Of a stretch of DNA of 64,000 nucleotides, positions 12,620-25,060 are shown one piece after another; the first letter of the stretch is position 1; each line of letters opens with the position of its first letter. The stretch comes from Octopus bimaculoides (lineage: Eukaryota), in the NCBI RefSeq assembly GCF_001194135.2, contig NC_068983.1, forward strand, positions 159,823,868 through 159,887,867, read 5' to 3'. A program made the position numbers and the translations under genes. Below the pieces are notes generated by a model. That model saw nothing but the letters and a program-made list of their open reading frames with translations. It ran no database searches and was not told the origin of the DNA.

Positions 12620-13454
12620 NNNNNNNNNNNNNNNNNNNNNNNNNNNNNNNNNNNNNNNNNNNNNNNNNNNNNNNNNNNNNNNNNNNNNNNNNNNNNNNNN
12701 NNNNNNNNNNNNNNNNNNNNNNNNNNNNNNNNNNNNNNNNNNNNNNNNNNNNNNNNNNNNNNNNNNNNNNNNNNNNNNNNNNNNNNNNNNNNNNNNNNNN
12801 NNNNNNNNNNNNNNNNNNNNNNNNNNNNNNNNNNNNNNNNNNNNNNNNNNNNNNNNNNNNNNNNNNNNNNNNNNNNNNNNNNNNNNNNNNNNNNNNNNNN
12901 NNNNNNNNNNNNNNNNNNNNNNNNNNNNNNNNNNNNNNNNNNNNNNNNNNNNNNNNNNNNNNNNNNNNNNNNNNNNNNNNNNNNNNNNNNNNNNNNNNNN
13001 NNNNNNNNNNNNNNNNNNNNNNNNNNNNNNNNNNNNNNNNNNNNNNNNNNNNNNNNNNNNNNNNNNNNNNNNNNNNNNNNNNNNNNNNNNNNNNNNNNNN
13101 NNNNNNNNNNNNNNNNNNNNNNNNNNNNNNNNNNNNNNNNNNNNNNNNNNNNNNNNNNNNNNNNNNNNNNNNNNNNNNNNNNNNNNNNNNNNNNNNNNNN
13201 NNNNNNNNNNNNNNNNNNNNNNNNNNNNNNNNNNNNNNNNNNNNNNNNNNNNNNNNNNNNNNNNNNNNNNNNNNNNNNNNNNNNNNNNNNNNNNNNNNNN
13301 NNNNNNNNNNNNNNNNNNNNNNNNNNNNNNNNNNNNNNNNNNNNNNNNNNNNNNNNNNNNNNNNNNNNNNNNNNNNNNNNNNNNNNNNNNNNNNNNNNNN
13401 NNNNNNNNNNNTATATATATATACGCACATATGTGTGTGTGTGTGTGTGTGTAT

Positions 13455-14696
13455 AAAGTAATGGAGACACCTTAAAATTTCAAACAATTTTTTTTAATAT
13501 GGAGTATTACAACTTAAATTCTACGAGGTATGCGCTCGTACAAAGTTTGAATTGTTTCCAAAGGAATTTTTGTCCATTCTTCAGCTAAAACAGTTTCCAT
13601 TTCTTGTAGTGATGATGATGGAAGATATCGACTCCTTACTTGCTTTTCTGAAATGTACCATAAATCTTCACTAATATTGAGACCTGGGGACTGTGGTGAC
13701 CAGATAAGATGTTCAACTTCGCTAAAATGTTCCTCGTGCCATTCACTAACAACTTTAGCTGTGTGAATTGGTGCATTATCATCCTGAAAGATTGCGTTAC
13801 CTTCCGGAAACAGTTCCGCAACCATAGGATGAATTTGATCTGATAAAATGCTTAAATAATCTTGACTATTCATTCTGCCAGGAAGGGAAACCATTGGGCC
13901 GGCGGATTTCTAAGATATATCCCCCCAGATCATCACAGATCATCCTCCATGTTTAACAGTTAGAAGAAGGCAGTCTGGATTAAATGCTTCTTTTGGCTGT
14001 CTCCACACGTATACTCGGCTGGTGGTCGAAAATAAGATAAAGGATGACTCGTTCGAGGAAATAATATTCTTCCACTGCTCTAGAGACCAATTCCGCAGGT
14101 TTTTACTCCATTCTAAACGCTTTGCAACGTTTGTTTTTGAAAGTAGTTGTTTTCTGATTGCAGCCCTCCCGTGAAATCCGATTTTGTGCAGCCCCCGGCA
14201 AACAGTTTTTGTGAAAACTATGTTCTTCAGATGGTCATTGAGCTCTGCCATAATTTTGGGAGCTGTACTTACGTGATTCTTTCAAACAATTCGCGTAAGA
14301 GTCCGACAGTCTCTATCTGAATGTTTTGGTTTTCTTCCGGAGTTTTGCTTCGACGACGAGGTTTTTCTCTCTTTCTCAAAGGCTGTCGTTACTTTCGAAA
14401 CAGCGCTTCTTGATAACCAAACATTTCGGCTGCTTTCGTTACGCTAGCGCCTGCCATACGAGCACCAACAATTTGACCTCTTTGAAACTCCGATAGATCT
14501 GTCATTTTAATGAATATTAATTACCTTTTTCGGGTGATATCTGAAAAGAAACAGCAATTTTAGCAAAACATATTAAGCAACACTGATAATAAATAAAACA
14601 AAACATAAAAATAAACAAGCTTTTGACAGTTTTATAAATATTTAAAAATTATGATGCAATGATGCAAGGTGTTTCCATTATTTTGTCTAACCCCTG
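13455..14696 (-). mobile_element. Tc1-family transposon, near full length, with a transposase pseudogene at 14505-13514
   Basis: MTDLSEFQRGQIVGARMAGASV..; SSNESSF (first catalytic D mutated to N); FQDDNAPIH; SPQSPGLNISEDLW. Right TIR GGTGTTTCCATTATTTTGTCTAACCCCTG is followed by TA. The left TIR remnant is AAAGTAATGGAGACACC. Confidence 0.95.
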
Positions 14697-14958
14697 TATA
14701 TATGAACATGCACATATATAAATTTTTATAATTTTATTCATATTTTATAACTGAATATTTTATTTTTTGATTAACTATAAATTTACCTTGTTTATATTTA
14801 GCTTTCCTCCATCATCTCTACTTACATTATTTATTGTTCTAACTTCTTTTTTATCTACTTTTCTTTATCTCTAATCAACTTTTAAACCCCTCGCCCGAGC
14901 ATATAACGAAACAAATCATAAACCGCAACACTCACTCCGCTAAATGAATTGATAATCC

Positions 14959-15001
<43 letters not shown>

Positions 15002-15199
15002 AAAGATATATCTTTTTTCCTCTAATGAAATTATACCCATGTCACATAAATGTAAGTTTAACATACACATTTTGTAATTAACTTATTTAGCATTAATTCA
15101 AACGGCTGTAAGAAGCGAAGATGACCAATTTGATGTTAATAATAAACAGTTATTAACTTCCTAATCTTCGTTTTCTTTTCTTTTAAATGAATATAAACT

Positions 15200-15314
15200 A
15201 TATATACATATTGTTTTAAGGGAATTTCATTCCTCCAAAATACAAGGTATTGAACCAGTGTTTCCATGGATGTAACCATTCCTTCACAAGGTTAACATAT
15301 CCTCTAATTAAATT
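15200..15314 (+). repeat. Unclassified ~115 bp interspersed repeat; second copy at 60882-60995
   Basis: TATATATACATATT..GGTATTGAACCAGT.TTTCC.TGGATG.AACCAT.CCTTCA..AGGTTAACA is present at both loci. Confidence 0.8.
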
Positions 15315-15508
15315 ACACACACATACACACATTTATACATGCATATATACATATATATTTATATGCGTGTGGGCGTATATTTATAATTTAATATCTATAT
15401 GCATAATTGTATGTCTATATACGAATATATGATACGAATATATATATATAAGTATATATTTATATATTTTATGCAAATATAAATACATGTATCTATATAT
15501 ATGTGTAT

Positions 15509-15567
<59 letters not shown>

Positions 15568-16452
15568 AGAGAGAGAGAGGGTTTGTGTCCGTATAGTGTA
15601 AGCAAGGGAGCTCATCGCTCCCATCTCTACCCCTACGTGATACTCATATGTATGCGCGCGCACAGACACACACACACACACACATATATATATAGTTATA
15701 TGTGTATGGGCATTTATTTCTAAATGTATATCTCTATGTATAATTGTATGTCTATATATGTATATATGTTACGAGTATATTTATATTTATATTCGTACGT
15801 ATAAGCACCTACGTGGACACACTCGTGCACATAACATATGGACTGTATATGCAATTATGTAACCCATGAAACTAGAGCTGAGTTTTATATAGCTTTAAAG
15901 CCTTACTCAAATATGAAACTAAAATATCTCAATATGTGTGAGTATATTTCCACAAAGATTTCAACCTTGATTTCATAAACTCCAACTGAATATATTGACG
16001 TCTTCACGTGCTTTGCAGCCTGTGAACATCGTGGTTTGTTAAGTTATGCCAGGTCATATGCTTTTAAATTGGCACAGAATATTTCATTCACGTTTTGTAC
16101 ATCTTGAATAAATCAGTTCCTTAAGCCTCGCTATTTTGGTTAACGTACACAGGCCTTCAAAAAACGCTGAGTCGTATATTACACGAAATACTCTTAGATA
16201 GTCATCAAAATTTGTCGAATAGTATATATCTCGTTGCAGTGTCACAAGTAAATAATTCTTCATCGTGCTATGAACCAAGATAAATTATATCCTCTAACCA
16301 TTTCAGGTTATTGAATTTGACCAAACATTGCAATTAACACAAATGTGTTTACTGAATCAGCAATTAATTTGTCCTACAGAATCGGACCAACAGGAAATTT
16401 ACAAAATTTAGTATTACTCGCACATGTTTCCACAGCACGAAATATTGCATAT

Positions 16453-16498
<46 letters not shown>

Positions 16499-16561
16499 TA
16501 TACATACATACATAGTACATGCACACACACACACAGACACACACACACACACACACAAATA

Positions 16562-16594
<33 letters not shown>

Positions 16595-17502
16595 ACATGT
16601 ATCCATAAGCATGAATTATATTCGCAAGTATTATAACGTAATATTGATCAAATCAGCATGACCTATCACAATATTAAAAAAAAAATGTTGCCACTAAAAT
16701 ATACTAACATATAATTAGAACCAAATTTCAAAGTTGTTACTTTTATACAAAAAATGAAAAATGACTGCCGTTGTAAGAATAGTTTCATTATGTAACAAAA
16801 ACGGGTGATATATATATAAGCTGACCCCCAAAGAATGTAATTTGTAATTTGTAAATAACAATCCAAACAATTACATTATTTTGTCTTATCTTTTGTCTCA
16901 TATAAATATTATACGCAATGCTGGCTTTCTTTTAATTCTATTTGTCGTAGCAGGTTCTAAATGTCGAGCAAAATTTGCACTTACTGATGTTTGCAGACGT
17001 GTAAAACTTATCTGAAAAATCTAATTGAGTATTTAGTGCCTGGACTGCGAAAGGTCAGAATCTGTAAGTTCATAAAAGATGTTGTCTACTATATTTTGCT
17101 AGTATTATTTGGTAATTTTTGAAAACATATTCTTGACAACAAAGTAATCACTCGACGTTCAGAGTTTCTGACTAAAGGTGATGGATTAAAACTAGGATTA
17201 AAATAAACTCTACGCGCATACTTTCCGAAGCATAGATTTTCGTTCTACATATCTTTAGATGTTCCCATTTGTGATCAAGTAATGTAAATTTCAGCGCAAT
17301 AGGATGAACAACACTCGATTTATAAGCGCACAAACATACAGAGAGAACTGATTTTATATATTAGAAGATATATATGTAGATAGACTTACTTGGAAATGGA
17401 CGCGTGGCGTTCAGTCAAATAATAATATGAATAATATATATATATATATGCACATACATATATGTACATACATACATATATATGTATATAAGTATGAATA
17501 TA

Positions 17503-18113
17503 TGGGTACGGACGTAACAAAGCGTAAACAACATGAAATGCGAAAATAAAGTTGGGTACGCAAAGAACGAGAGAAACAAATGGAAAACAAGACAAGTAAC
17601 ATAAAAAATGAACCTTCATCAGTCGTCGGCTGTTCTTCTACTCTTTATTTTGGGCATTGAACGACAATATAAGACTTTGAAGGCTGTTGCTCCCGCGAAG
17701 CAAAATAAAATTTGGGACTTGCGGAGGGTAAAAGTTGGTGACAAAAACAGAATATACAACAAACCAAACCAAACGAAAACAAACAGGGAGGGCGTTAGGC
17801 CAGACGAGGTAAGGTAGCGAACGCTGGAAGAAGATTCTTTCTTAAGAGAAAAGATAGGAGGAGAGACANNNNNNNNNNNNNNNNNNNNNNNNNNNNNNNN
17901 NNNNNNNNNNNNNNNNNNNNNNNNNNNNNNNNNNNNNNNNNNNNNNNNNNNNNNNNNNNNNNNNNNNNNNNNNNNNNNNNNNNNNNNNNNNNNNNNNNNN
18001 NNNNNNNNNNNNNNNNNNNNNNNNNNNNNNNNNNNNNNNNNNNNNNNNNNNNNNNNNNNNNNNNNNNNNNNNNNNNNNNNNNNNNNNNNNNNNNNNNNNN
18101 NNNNNNNNNNTGC

Positions 18114-18162
<49 letters not shown>

Positions 18163-18406
18163 TGAGAGAGAGAGAAAGAGAGAGAACAGTAAAGAATATC
18201 AAATCCCAAATTTATTTGGGTTCGCGAGAGCATCTGCCTTCAAAGTCTTATATTGTCGTTCAGTGCACGAAATAAGGAGTAGAAAGACAGCCGACAACTG
18301 ATGAAGGGTCGTTCTTTATGTTACTTGTCTCTTGTTTGCCATTTGCTTCTCTCGTTCTTTGCGTACCGAACTTTATTTTCGTATTTTATGTTGTTTACGT
18401 TTTGTA
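17503..18406. mobile_element. Non-autonomous foldback element with ~200 bp terminal inverted repeats
   Basis: 17503-17719 is the reverse complement of about 18201-18406 (e.g. CCTTCATCAGTCGTCGGCTG / CAGCCGACAACTGATGAAGG). The centre is partly N gap and microsatellite, and the ends are embedded in TA/CA repeats. Confidence 0.85.
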
Positions 18407-18523
18407 TATATGTATACCTATATACCTATATATGTATGTGTGTGTATGCGTGTGTGTGTGTGCAAATAAAACTTACTTGTTAATACAAATTCCGTGTGTT
18501 GCGTTCTATTAATAATTGAAAAG

Positions 18524-19020
18524 ATGTATGGTAAATAAACAAATGGCATAACGTATACTGATTGTACAACCAGACGGGAGACAAACACAGAAGGTCCCTA
18601 ATTCCACATTAGTTATCAACCAATTGGTAATACTCTGTTTCGCACCATTAATGATGGGCTTCCCATACTGGCGGTACCTGCAAAAAATGTTAGGATATCT
18701 TCTAAGCGTTACCCACTATTCTTGTCCTCTTCGCCTCAAGACCGTATTTTTGCTCGTCTGTTTGTCCTTGTCCACCGTCCTAAATCACATTCTGTATTGT
18801 TTTGCTTTGTTTCGCTTGCTCTTGGCCCTGAATTCTACGCAAAAATAATTTTTAGCGGAGATCGCCGATATAGGAAGCCCTCACTCTTATCATTAATAGT
18901 GCGAAACTGAGTATTATCAATTGGTTGATAACTGATTGAGAATCAGGGACCTTCTGCGTCTGTCTCCCGTCCGGTTTTACACTCAGTATACGTAATGTCG
19001 TTTACTTATTTACCATACAT
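18524..19020. mobile_element. MITE/foldback element with ~150 bp TIRs
   Basis: 18524-18673 pairs with 18863-19020 (ATGTATGGTAAATAA..CAGAAGGTCCCT..AGTTATCAACCAATTG..GTTTCGCAC.ATTAATGAT). Confidence 0.9.
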
Positions 19021-19586
19021 TTTATTTATCATACGTTTTATTTATCATATATATATATATATATAACCTGTTATTGATTCCCCTCCGAGCCTAACCTGTA
19101 GTTCTTAGTACCATACTCATACCACGCACCCGACCATATGACTATATGCTGTCGGAATTTTTTGCTACCAATCTTTCATTCAGCTACCTACCCACTTCAG
19201 CACACGTTCATATATAAGCTCTGCTTTCTGCTAGCCGAACTCATCATCGTCTTTGACATTTTCGAGTAATCATTTTTATATTTTAAAGGTATGAATATCT
19301 ACGCGATGTTCTGGACTGTAGTTCTCTTGGCCCCAGAAACGTCCAAACCAAATGTGTTGCTGACCTCAGTAACTTACTTGCGTTTTTCCCATACAACCTT
19401 TCTTGTACACTCCAAATGAACTGTCAGTATTCTTATACATATCTTCTGATATAATGTACATGATAGCTTGCAAGGACTTTGTTACCCAAGGTAAGATGAA
19501 ACACAATGTGAAAGATTTCTGTGCATTTCATAGACGTTCATTACATTGGGGCAGTTCTCAAACCAGTAGCCAAATATTTTATCACA

Positions 19587-20477
19587 TAGGTAGTATGAAT
19601 ATTTTCCAGACTAATTATGTTTAATAAAAACTAAATTATTTACCTAAGTGTTAACATCATCTCCTTCGAAACTTGCACCTTGCACAGCAATACAATGGTC
19701 CCAGCGTTCGTGACACTTTTGGAATCGGGCCTAGAAGTCGTTTTTCGTAAGCGAGTCGAGGACCATCTGATAGTTGGTTTTGATCTTCAGAACGGTGTTA
19801 AAACGGCGACTTTTGAGCTGCATTTTCATTTTGAGGAAGAGATGAAAGTCCACGGGTGCTAAATCAGGCGAATAGGGAGTTGTTTTTGGCGAGAAACTCA
19901 CTAGTAAAGAGAGCTCGGTGACAGTGTGCATTGTCGTCGTGAAGAATCCAGTTCATGCTCCACAGATCTAGTCGCTTTCGCCTAATGTCCTTCCTCAAAC
20001 GCTTCAAAACGTCGCAGTAGAACTCTTGATTGATGGTCTGACGCTGCGGGGACGAATTGTCGATGCACAATATCGCTGATGTCGAAAAAATAAACAACAA
20101 ACGGCGTGCATGTTCTTCGTTGAACTACGGCTCCGTCGTGCGCCCGTACCATTGGAAATATTGGGTACGACCCATTGCCTCGTCGCCGTAAGCTTGCCGA
20201 AGCATGCTCAATGTCTCGGTAGCAGACTTCCCAAGATTAACGCAAAATTTCACGTTGGCTCTTTGTTCCAACTTCATGTCCATGACAAAAATTGCAGACT
20301 ACAGCATACACGTGATCACAAGAACAAAAATCTCACAACTTGCGAAGTAAAGACCGCAATGTCGCTCGGCATACTGGCTCATGAAGTCTCTGCCAGCTCT
20401 CGGTGCACATGTAACTGTGTGCTACCATCTGTAGGCAAGCTAGAAAACTAGTCCGACAACTTTTTGATCCCACCACG
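19587..20477 (-). mobile_element. Internally deleted mariner element
   Basis: ATG at 20283 begins MDMKLEQRANVKFCVNLGKSATETLSMLRQAYGD. A deletion then jumps to FFDI; QTINQEFYCDVLKRLR; LHDDNAHCH; PYSPDLAPVDFHLF. Weak TIRs, with TA at 20478. Confidence 0.92.
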
Positions 20478-20539
20478 TACAGATATAATTCTCCGATGGT
20501 CTGATGCACTTTGGATCTATCGAGACATTAGACACAAGA

Positions 20540-20715
20540 AACAACGTCTTATCACCTACCTAGGTAACTTTACATAACTTTAATTAACGACTCAGCTTAT
20601 TCTGAACTTGCTTCCTCCCTCGTTACACTACTTTCTATCTCCACTAATGAGAGTATCATGCGTGTCACTTTCAATGTGTGACTACTGGACGAATAATTGC
20701 ACATACTATGGTGAC
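20540..20715 (+). mobile_element. Possible Penelope 3' end relic
   Basis: KKQRLITYLGNFT resembles the R..EQ.LI..LGTL.P C-terminus of PLE endonucleases. Faint hammerhead-like remnants lie downstream. Confidence 0.25.
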
Positions 20716-20794
20716 ACGCATGTAGTCTTTCCATGTCGTATCTTTGCTTACTTTTCTACTTTAATTATTTCAACATTCTACCGTTAGTGAATTG

Positions 20795-20965
20795 ACAGAG
20801 TCACTAGAACTTTAGAAAAAAATGCAGTGTTTGTTGGTTTTTAGGTTCTGAGTTCAATTCCTTCCGCGACCAGCTTTGCCTTTCTTCAGGGTCGATAAAA
20901 TGAGGTAACAGTCAAGTACCAGGCCGATGTAATGAACTAATGCTCTCTCCCAAGCTTTAGGCGTT
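20795..20965 (+). mobile_element. Diverged SINE of the 7383 family
   Basis: GTTCTGAGTTCAATTCC..CTTTGCCTTTC..GGGTCGATAAAATGAGGTAACAG. Confidence 0.7.
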
Positions 20966-22611
20966 GTATGTGCTACCAGCAAATATTTCAACGGTGTTTA
21001 CTCCTTTCTACTATCTTCTCGATCTCTATATTCATTACTTTGCCTTTTCCTTAAATTTCTGTTTATTTTTTTATGAATATTGCCCACTTTTCTTTATCTT
21101 CTATACGTCCTAGTAAATTTTTCGTTCTGATTGTTAGTTAATTAGTTTTTTCCTTCTCATTTCCACTAACGTTGTGTACGCCTTTGTAATTGCATACATA
21201 TTCTTTCAAACCATCGGCTCTTTTGCGCTCCCTTCTCAGTTATCTCTTAATTTACCTGGACTGGCCCTCACCTCCTCGCTCCAATTTCAACTTACCTGGC
21301 TCATCATAGAAACTTTGATCCGCTCCCTCTCACCCCACTATCCTACATATCCACCAGCTCATCTGTCACCTCTTCTTTCCTCACATCAACCTTTCATCAT
21401 AGCTCCCCAGGTCTTCCATCTCTTATGGACAATTTTATGTTCGTGATATTAAGGCCTTCCTAGTCTCTCGCCTACAACAAGGCTTCAGTGTCCTTAACCT
21501 CATATACTTCAATATTTACAGCAATAAATTCTAGGAACTAAAGTCTTATATTTGCGCTGATGAATCGTAAACTCATTCAGTATCTCAGATATATTTTCAG
21601 TTGTTTCAGATGAACTTGCATCGAAGGAGTTTCATCGGGAACCATCTCATTTCCTATTTTTAGACATAGTATATTTAAGATCACACTAACCATTGTGTCC
21701 TTCCTTTACCAGAATGACAGGGTGTGATTCGAGAATGATTTGACTGCTTGAACTTCCTTGTTCGAATTGTTCAAGGTTATGGTATGTTACACTACCACTA
21801 ACACAGTGAACAAGCAACTCACATTAATTTACATGGAGTTGAAATCCAATGAAAAAACCCTGCCAAGCTAATTTCAGTTCTGTTTCCCATATAACATAAT
21901 ACATTTTGCACATATTTTACACGGCGCACCTTCCATTAGTTTCCCATAAATTCTGTATTCATTAACCATATCTCGCTACTATGTTGTTCCATATAGATTA
22001 CACATGCTACACACAAGAAAATCTCTTTCGCTTTAGATACATTTCTAGGAAGAATAGTATTAGCTCTATTTGTATAGCGTTAATTCTGAGTGGTAGTGAA
22101 CACACGTATTTTGGAACACAATGTTACTTCAATAAGCTTTTCTTAGATATCTTAATTGTTGTAATTACTAGTGTGTGCGTACATGTCGTGAGCATAATTC
22201 CTTTAGTTTCTTCCAAATGGTGTCTCTGACGCATGAAACACTTTTATGAATTTTCAAAGAAGTTTCGCGTATATTCAATTTAGCTTCTACATAGGTGAAG
22301 CTTTGTATGCGACCAATCGACAGCTGATAGTTTAAAATAAGCTAATGATTGCAGTTGTTCAAATCTCTTGCCAATCTATGTATAATATACAATCATTAGT
22401 ATTCTATTACTAAACTATTATACGTGGCTGAAAATGAAGCAGGCTGGTCAGTATGATAAATCTCTCATCCTCATCTTTCCAAATCGATACTTATTGAATG
22501 GCCGTTATTATAGTGAATACATTTTCTAATGAAACGCATTGAGTAGAATAAATGAAAATATGAAAATAAAGATTGAAACCCGTTGCTTCAATAAAAGGGA
22601 TTTCAAATTTA

Positions 22612-22790
22612 AACACAAGGCCAGAAATTTTAAAGAAAAATTCTAGTCAATTGTTTCGCCTCCAGCACTTAACTGGCTTTATTTTAAAGACTTCAGAACA
22701 ATGAAAACCGAAGTCGACCCTGACAGTTTTGGAACACAAGGGATGTAAGTAAATACTGCAACGTCTTTTGTCCGTTCGCTTGATTTTAGT
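22612..22790 (-). mobile_element. Diverged SINE of the 7383 family
   Basis: The reverse complement has GGGTCGACTTCGGTTTTCATTGTTCTGAAGTCTTTAAAATAAAGCCAG and a GGCCTTGTG tail. Confidence 0.6.
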
Positions 22791-22948
22791 AGCAGCCTAC
22801 CAAGCTGCAGTAACACTGTATACAGTATAAATATAGCATTTATAGATATATCACATGTAAGCGCTAACGCTGATATAAAACAAAAGAAATATTAAAACGA
22901 ACTATAAAGAAAACAACTTACAAATACATAGAAGCAGACATTAGCATT

Positions 22949-22986
<38 letters not shown>

Positions 22987-23284
22987 CAGAAGACATCACA
23001 GGGAACCATAACAAATTTTTTTTAAAAATTAGCTTGTTGATTCTTTTCAAATATTCAAAATGCAGTAAACAATGGGAGAAGGAGAAAACCATATGTTATT
23101 TTTCCACATGTTATATACGAGTGTTTACAATTCTTTTTTTTTCGTAAATAGAAACTAATCTATGTTTATCTACAACGACAATGTACAAGAAATTACTTCG
23201 AAAAGTGAAATCAAATGCAACGGATGCCGGAGTTGCTGAATATATAAATATTATATCAATTATAAATAGAAAACATTTTCTGAT

Positions 23285-23432
23285 TTAGACACAAAGCCAG
23301 CAAATTTGAGGTGAGTGTTCATCCGGAAAATATAAAATACAACGTTGACCTAGGCTAGATTTGAACTCAAAAATTAAAGATATTTCTCCCGACGTCCTAC
23401 ACAGTCTATCAGCTCGCTGCCTTATGAATGAT
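23285..23432 (-). mobile_element. Internally deleted SINE of the 7383 family
   Basis: The reverse complement begins GGCAGCGAGCTGATAG, includes TTGAGTTCAAATCTAGCCTAGGTCAAC and ends GCTGGCTTTGTGTCTAAA. Confidence 0.5.
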
Positions 23433-24109
23433 TGTTTTAAATATTGTCACGAGTCCAGTGAATTGGAGAGGGAAATTTGTAGGACGTAATTTGTCGCGTT
23501 TGTGAATTGTCGTAATTTTGTCCTTGGAAATATTGTCTATAGAGCCATCATGGTTGTGGGTGACGGGTAGAGTTTACCATAAAGTTATCAGAAATCCTTT
23601 TGACTTTGGGTCAAAATAAAGGGCTATTTGGGAGGCGGTGGAGCAAACAAACTGTTGTGAAATACGAAGATATCTGTATTTTGTTTTGGTGGATGGTTTT
23701 GTATTAATTCAAATATGAATGAGAAGCAGCCCAAGGAATATAAACAATACAAACAATATCGAACGCACATACAAAAGGTATGTGGATTGCCAGTTCGTGG
23801 GCAGGCCGCGATTTATAAGTATGGGAGAAAATTTTCTCGTCAATACGTCTAGTGTAAAAACACCTAGAAGTCATAGACAAGTAAGATAACTCTTGCCAAG
23901 TCCCGTTGTAGTTGTGACTTATCAATACCACGTACCCAAAACGAGGCCAAACTTAAACTAAATCGCTATTTGGACTATCCTGTAAATGCAAAAGCTGTCA
24001 TATTTTTACAGATGTATTTTGTGGCGAGATAAAGAATGATTTGAATTTGTGTATGATCGAGTATACCTTTATGTAATGAAACTTATTGTTTGAAAGACGT
24101 AACCAGTAA

Positions 24110-24700
24110 AAGATGTGAACTTAGAACTCAAAACGACAATACTCAAAGATAGACGTTCTCAATTCAAAATGAGAAATGGCCAAACAGTTGCTGTTAAAGA
24201 GTTTTAAGAGCCATAGCTGCATCAGGATAATTTAGAGGCACGCAAAATGGAGACTTTGAAGTATAGTAAGTACAGATCAACATTATTGATACCTAACTGA
24301 AAATGCTGGTAAAACTGGATTTTAGAGCGAAGATATACCACGGGCAGCAAAGATATAGTTAAAAATAAAAAAAAATTTCGTCTCACTGAGGAATAGAACG
24401 AGTGGTTTGTATCTTAGTAAGAGCTGGTGGCCTCTATTCCGGTTAAGATTTGTATAAGATTTATATTAGACCGCATATGCAAAAAACACAATAATCGAAA
24501 AGGATAACTCAACGGTTATGATATTGGATAGACACTAAAGTTGGCTAAATGTAAAAGTAATGGTCTAGAAATGATATAAATTGCTAAAAATAACTTCTCA
24601 TGAAAGATCTTTATTTCAATTGAATGAACTACCATCCTAAACTGTGAAAAACGCATTCTTTCATAATTTAAGCTAAATGTTTAAATGTTATTTTGTCGGG
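24110..24700 (+). pseudogene. Decayed intronless protein-kinase-like frame
   Basis: One frame carries NGQTVAVKEF (K at 24196), then LEARKMETLK, then HNNRKG (24487). A frameshift gives DN..VMIL..VKVM, and an NV(Y)FVG match to DVYSVG lies near 24683. The K-to-H spacing is 97 codons. Multiple stops. Confidence 0.45.
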
Positions 24701-24995
24701 ATTAGATTTCGCTACTTTTAGAGTTGCCAATCATGTTTGACAGTGAATCGGGCTAAGAACTGTGAAACCTAATGCATTGGATGACTGACAGTAAGTAGAT
24801 AATTGTAGAGTGAGGAAAAAAACAAAAGGATTTAGGTGGAAGAATGGTTAATTCTTGCGAGTGTTCCTTTGTTCTCTCTATAGTTATCTACTTACTATCA
24901 GTCGTTCATTGAATTATGTTTCAGAGTTCTACACTCTGAACGCCGTCAAACACGATCGGCAATGCTAAGTGTAAAGAAGGCTGATACCACCAGGG

Positions 24996-25060
24996 TTAGC
25001 TTAAATAATTAGCTTAAATAATTAGCTTAAATAATTAGCTTAAATGATTAGCTTAAATGA
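24996..25060. repeat. 13-bp minisatellite TTAGCTTAAAT(A/G)A x5
   Basis: Read directly: three TAA-ending units, then two TGA-ending units. Confidence 0.95.

Noticed and set aside
18290-18330. CTGATGA hammerhead-core match (also at 1360 and 63557)
   Set aside because: No stem II followed by GAAA and no stem I partner.
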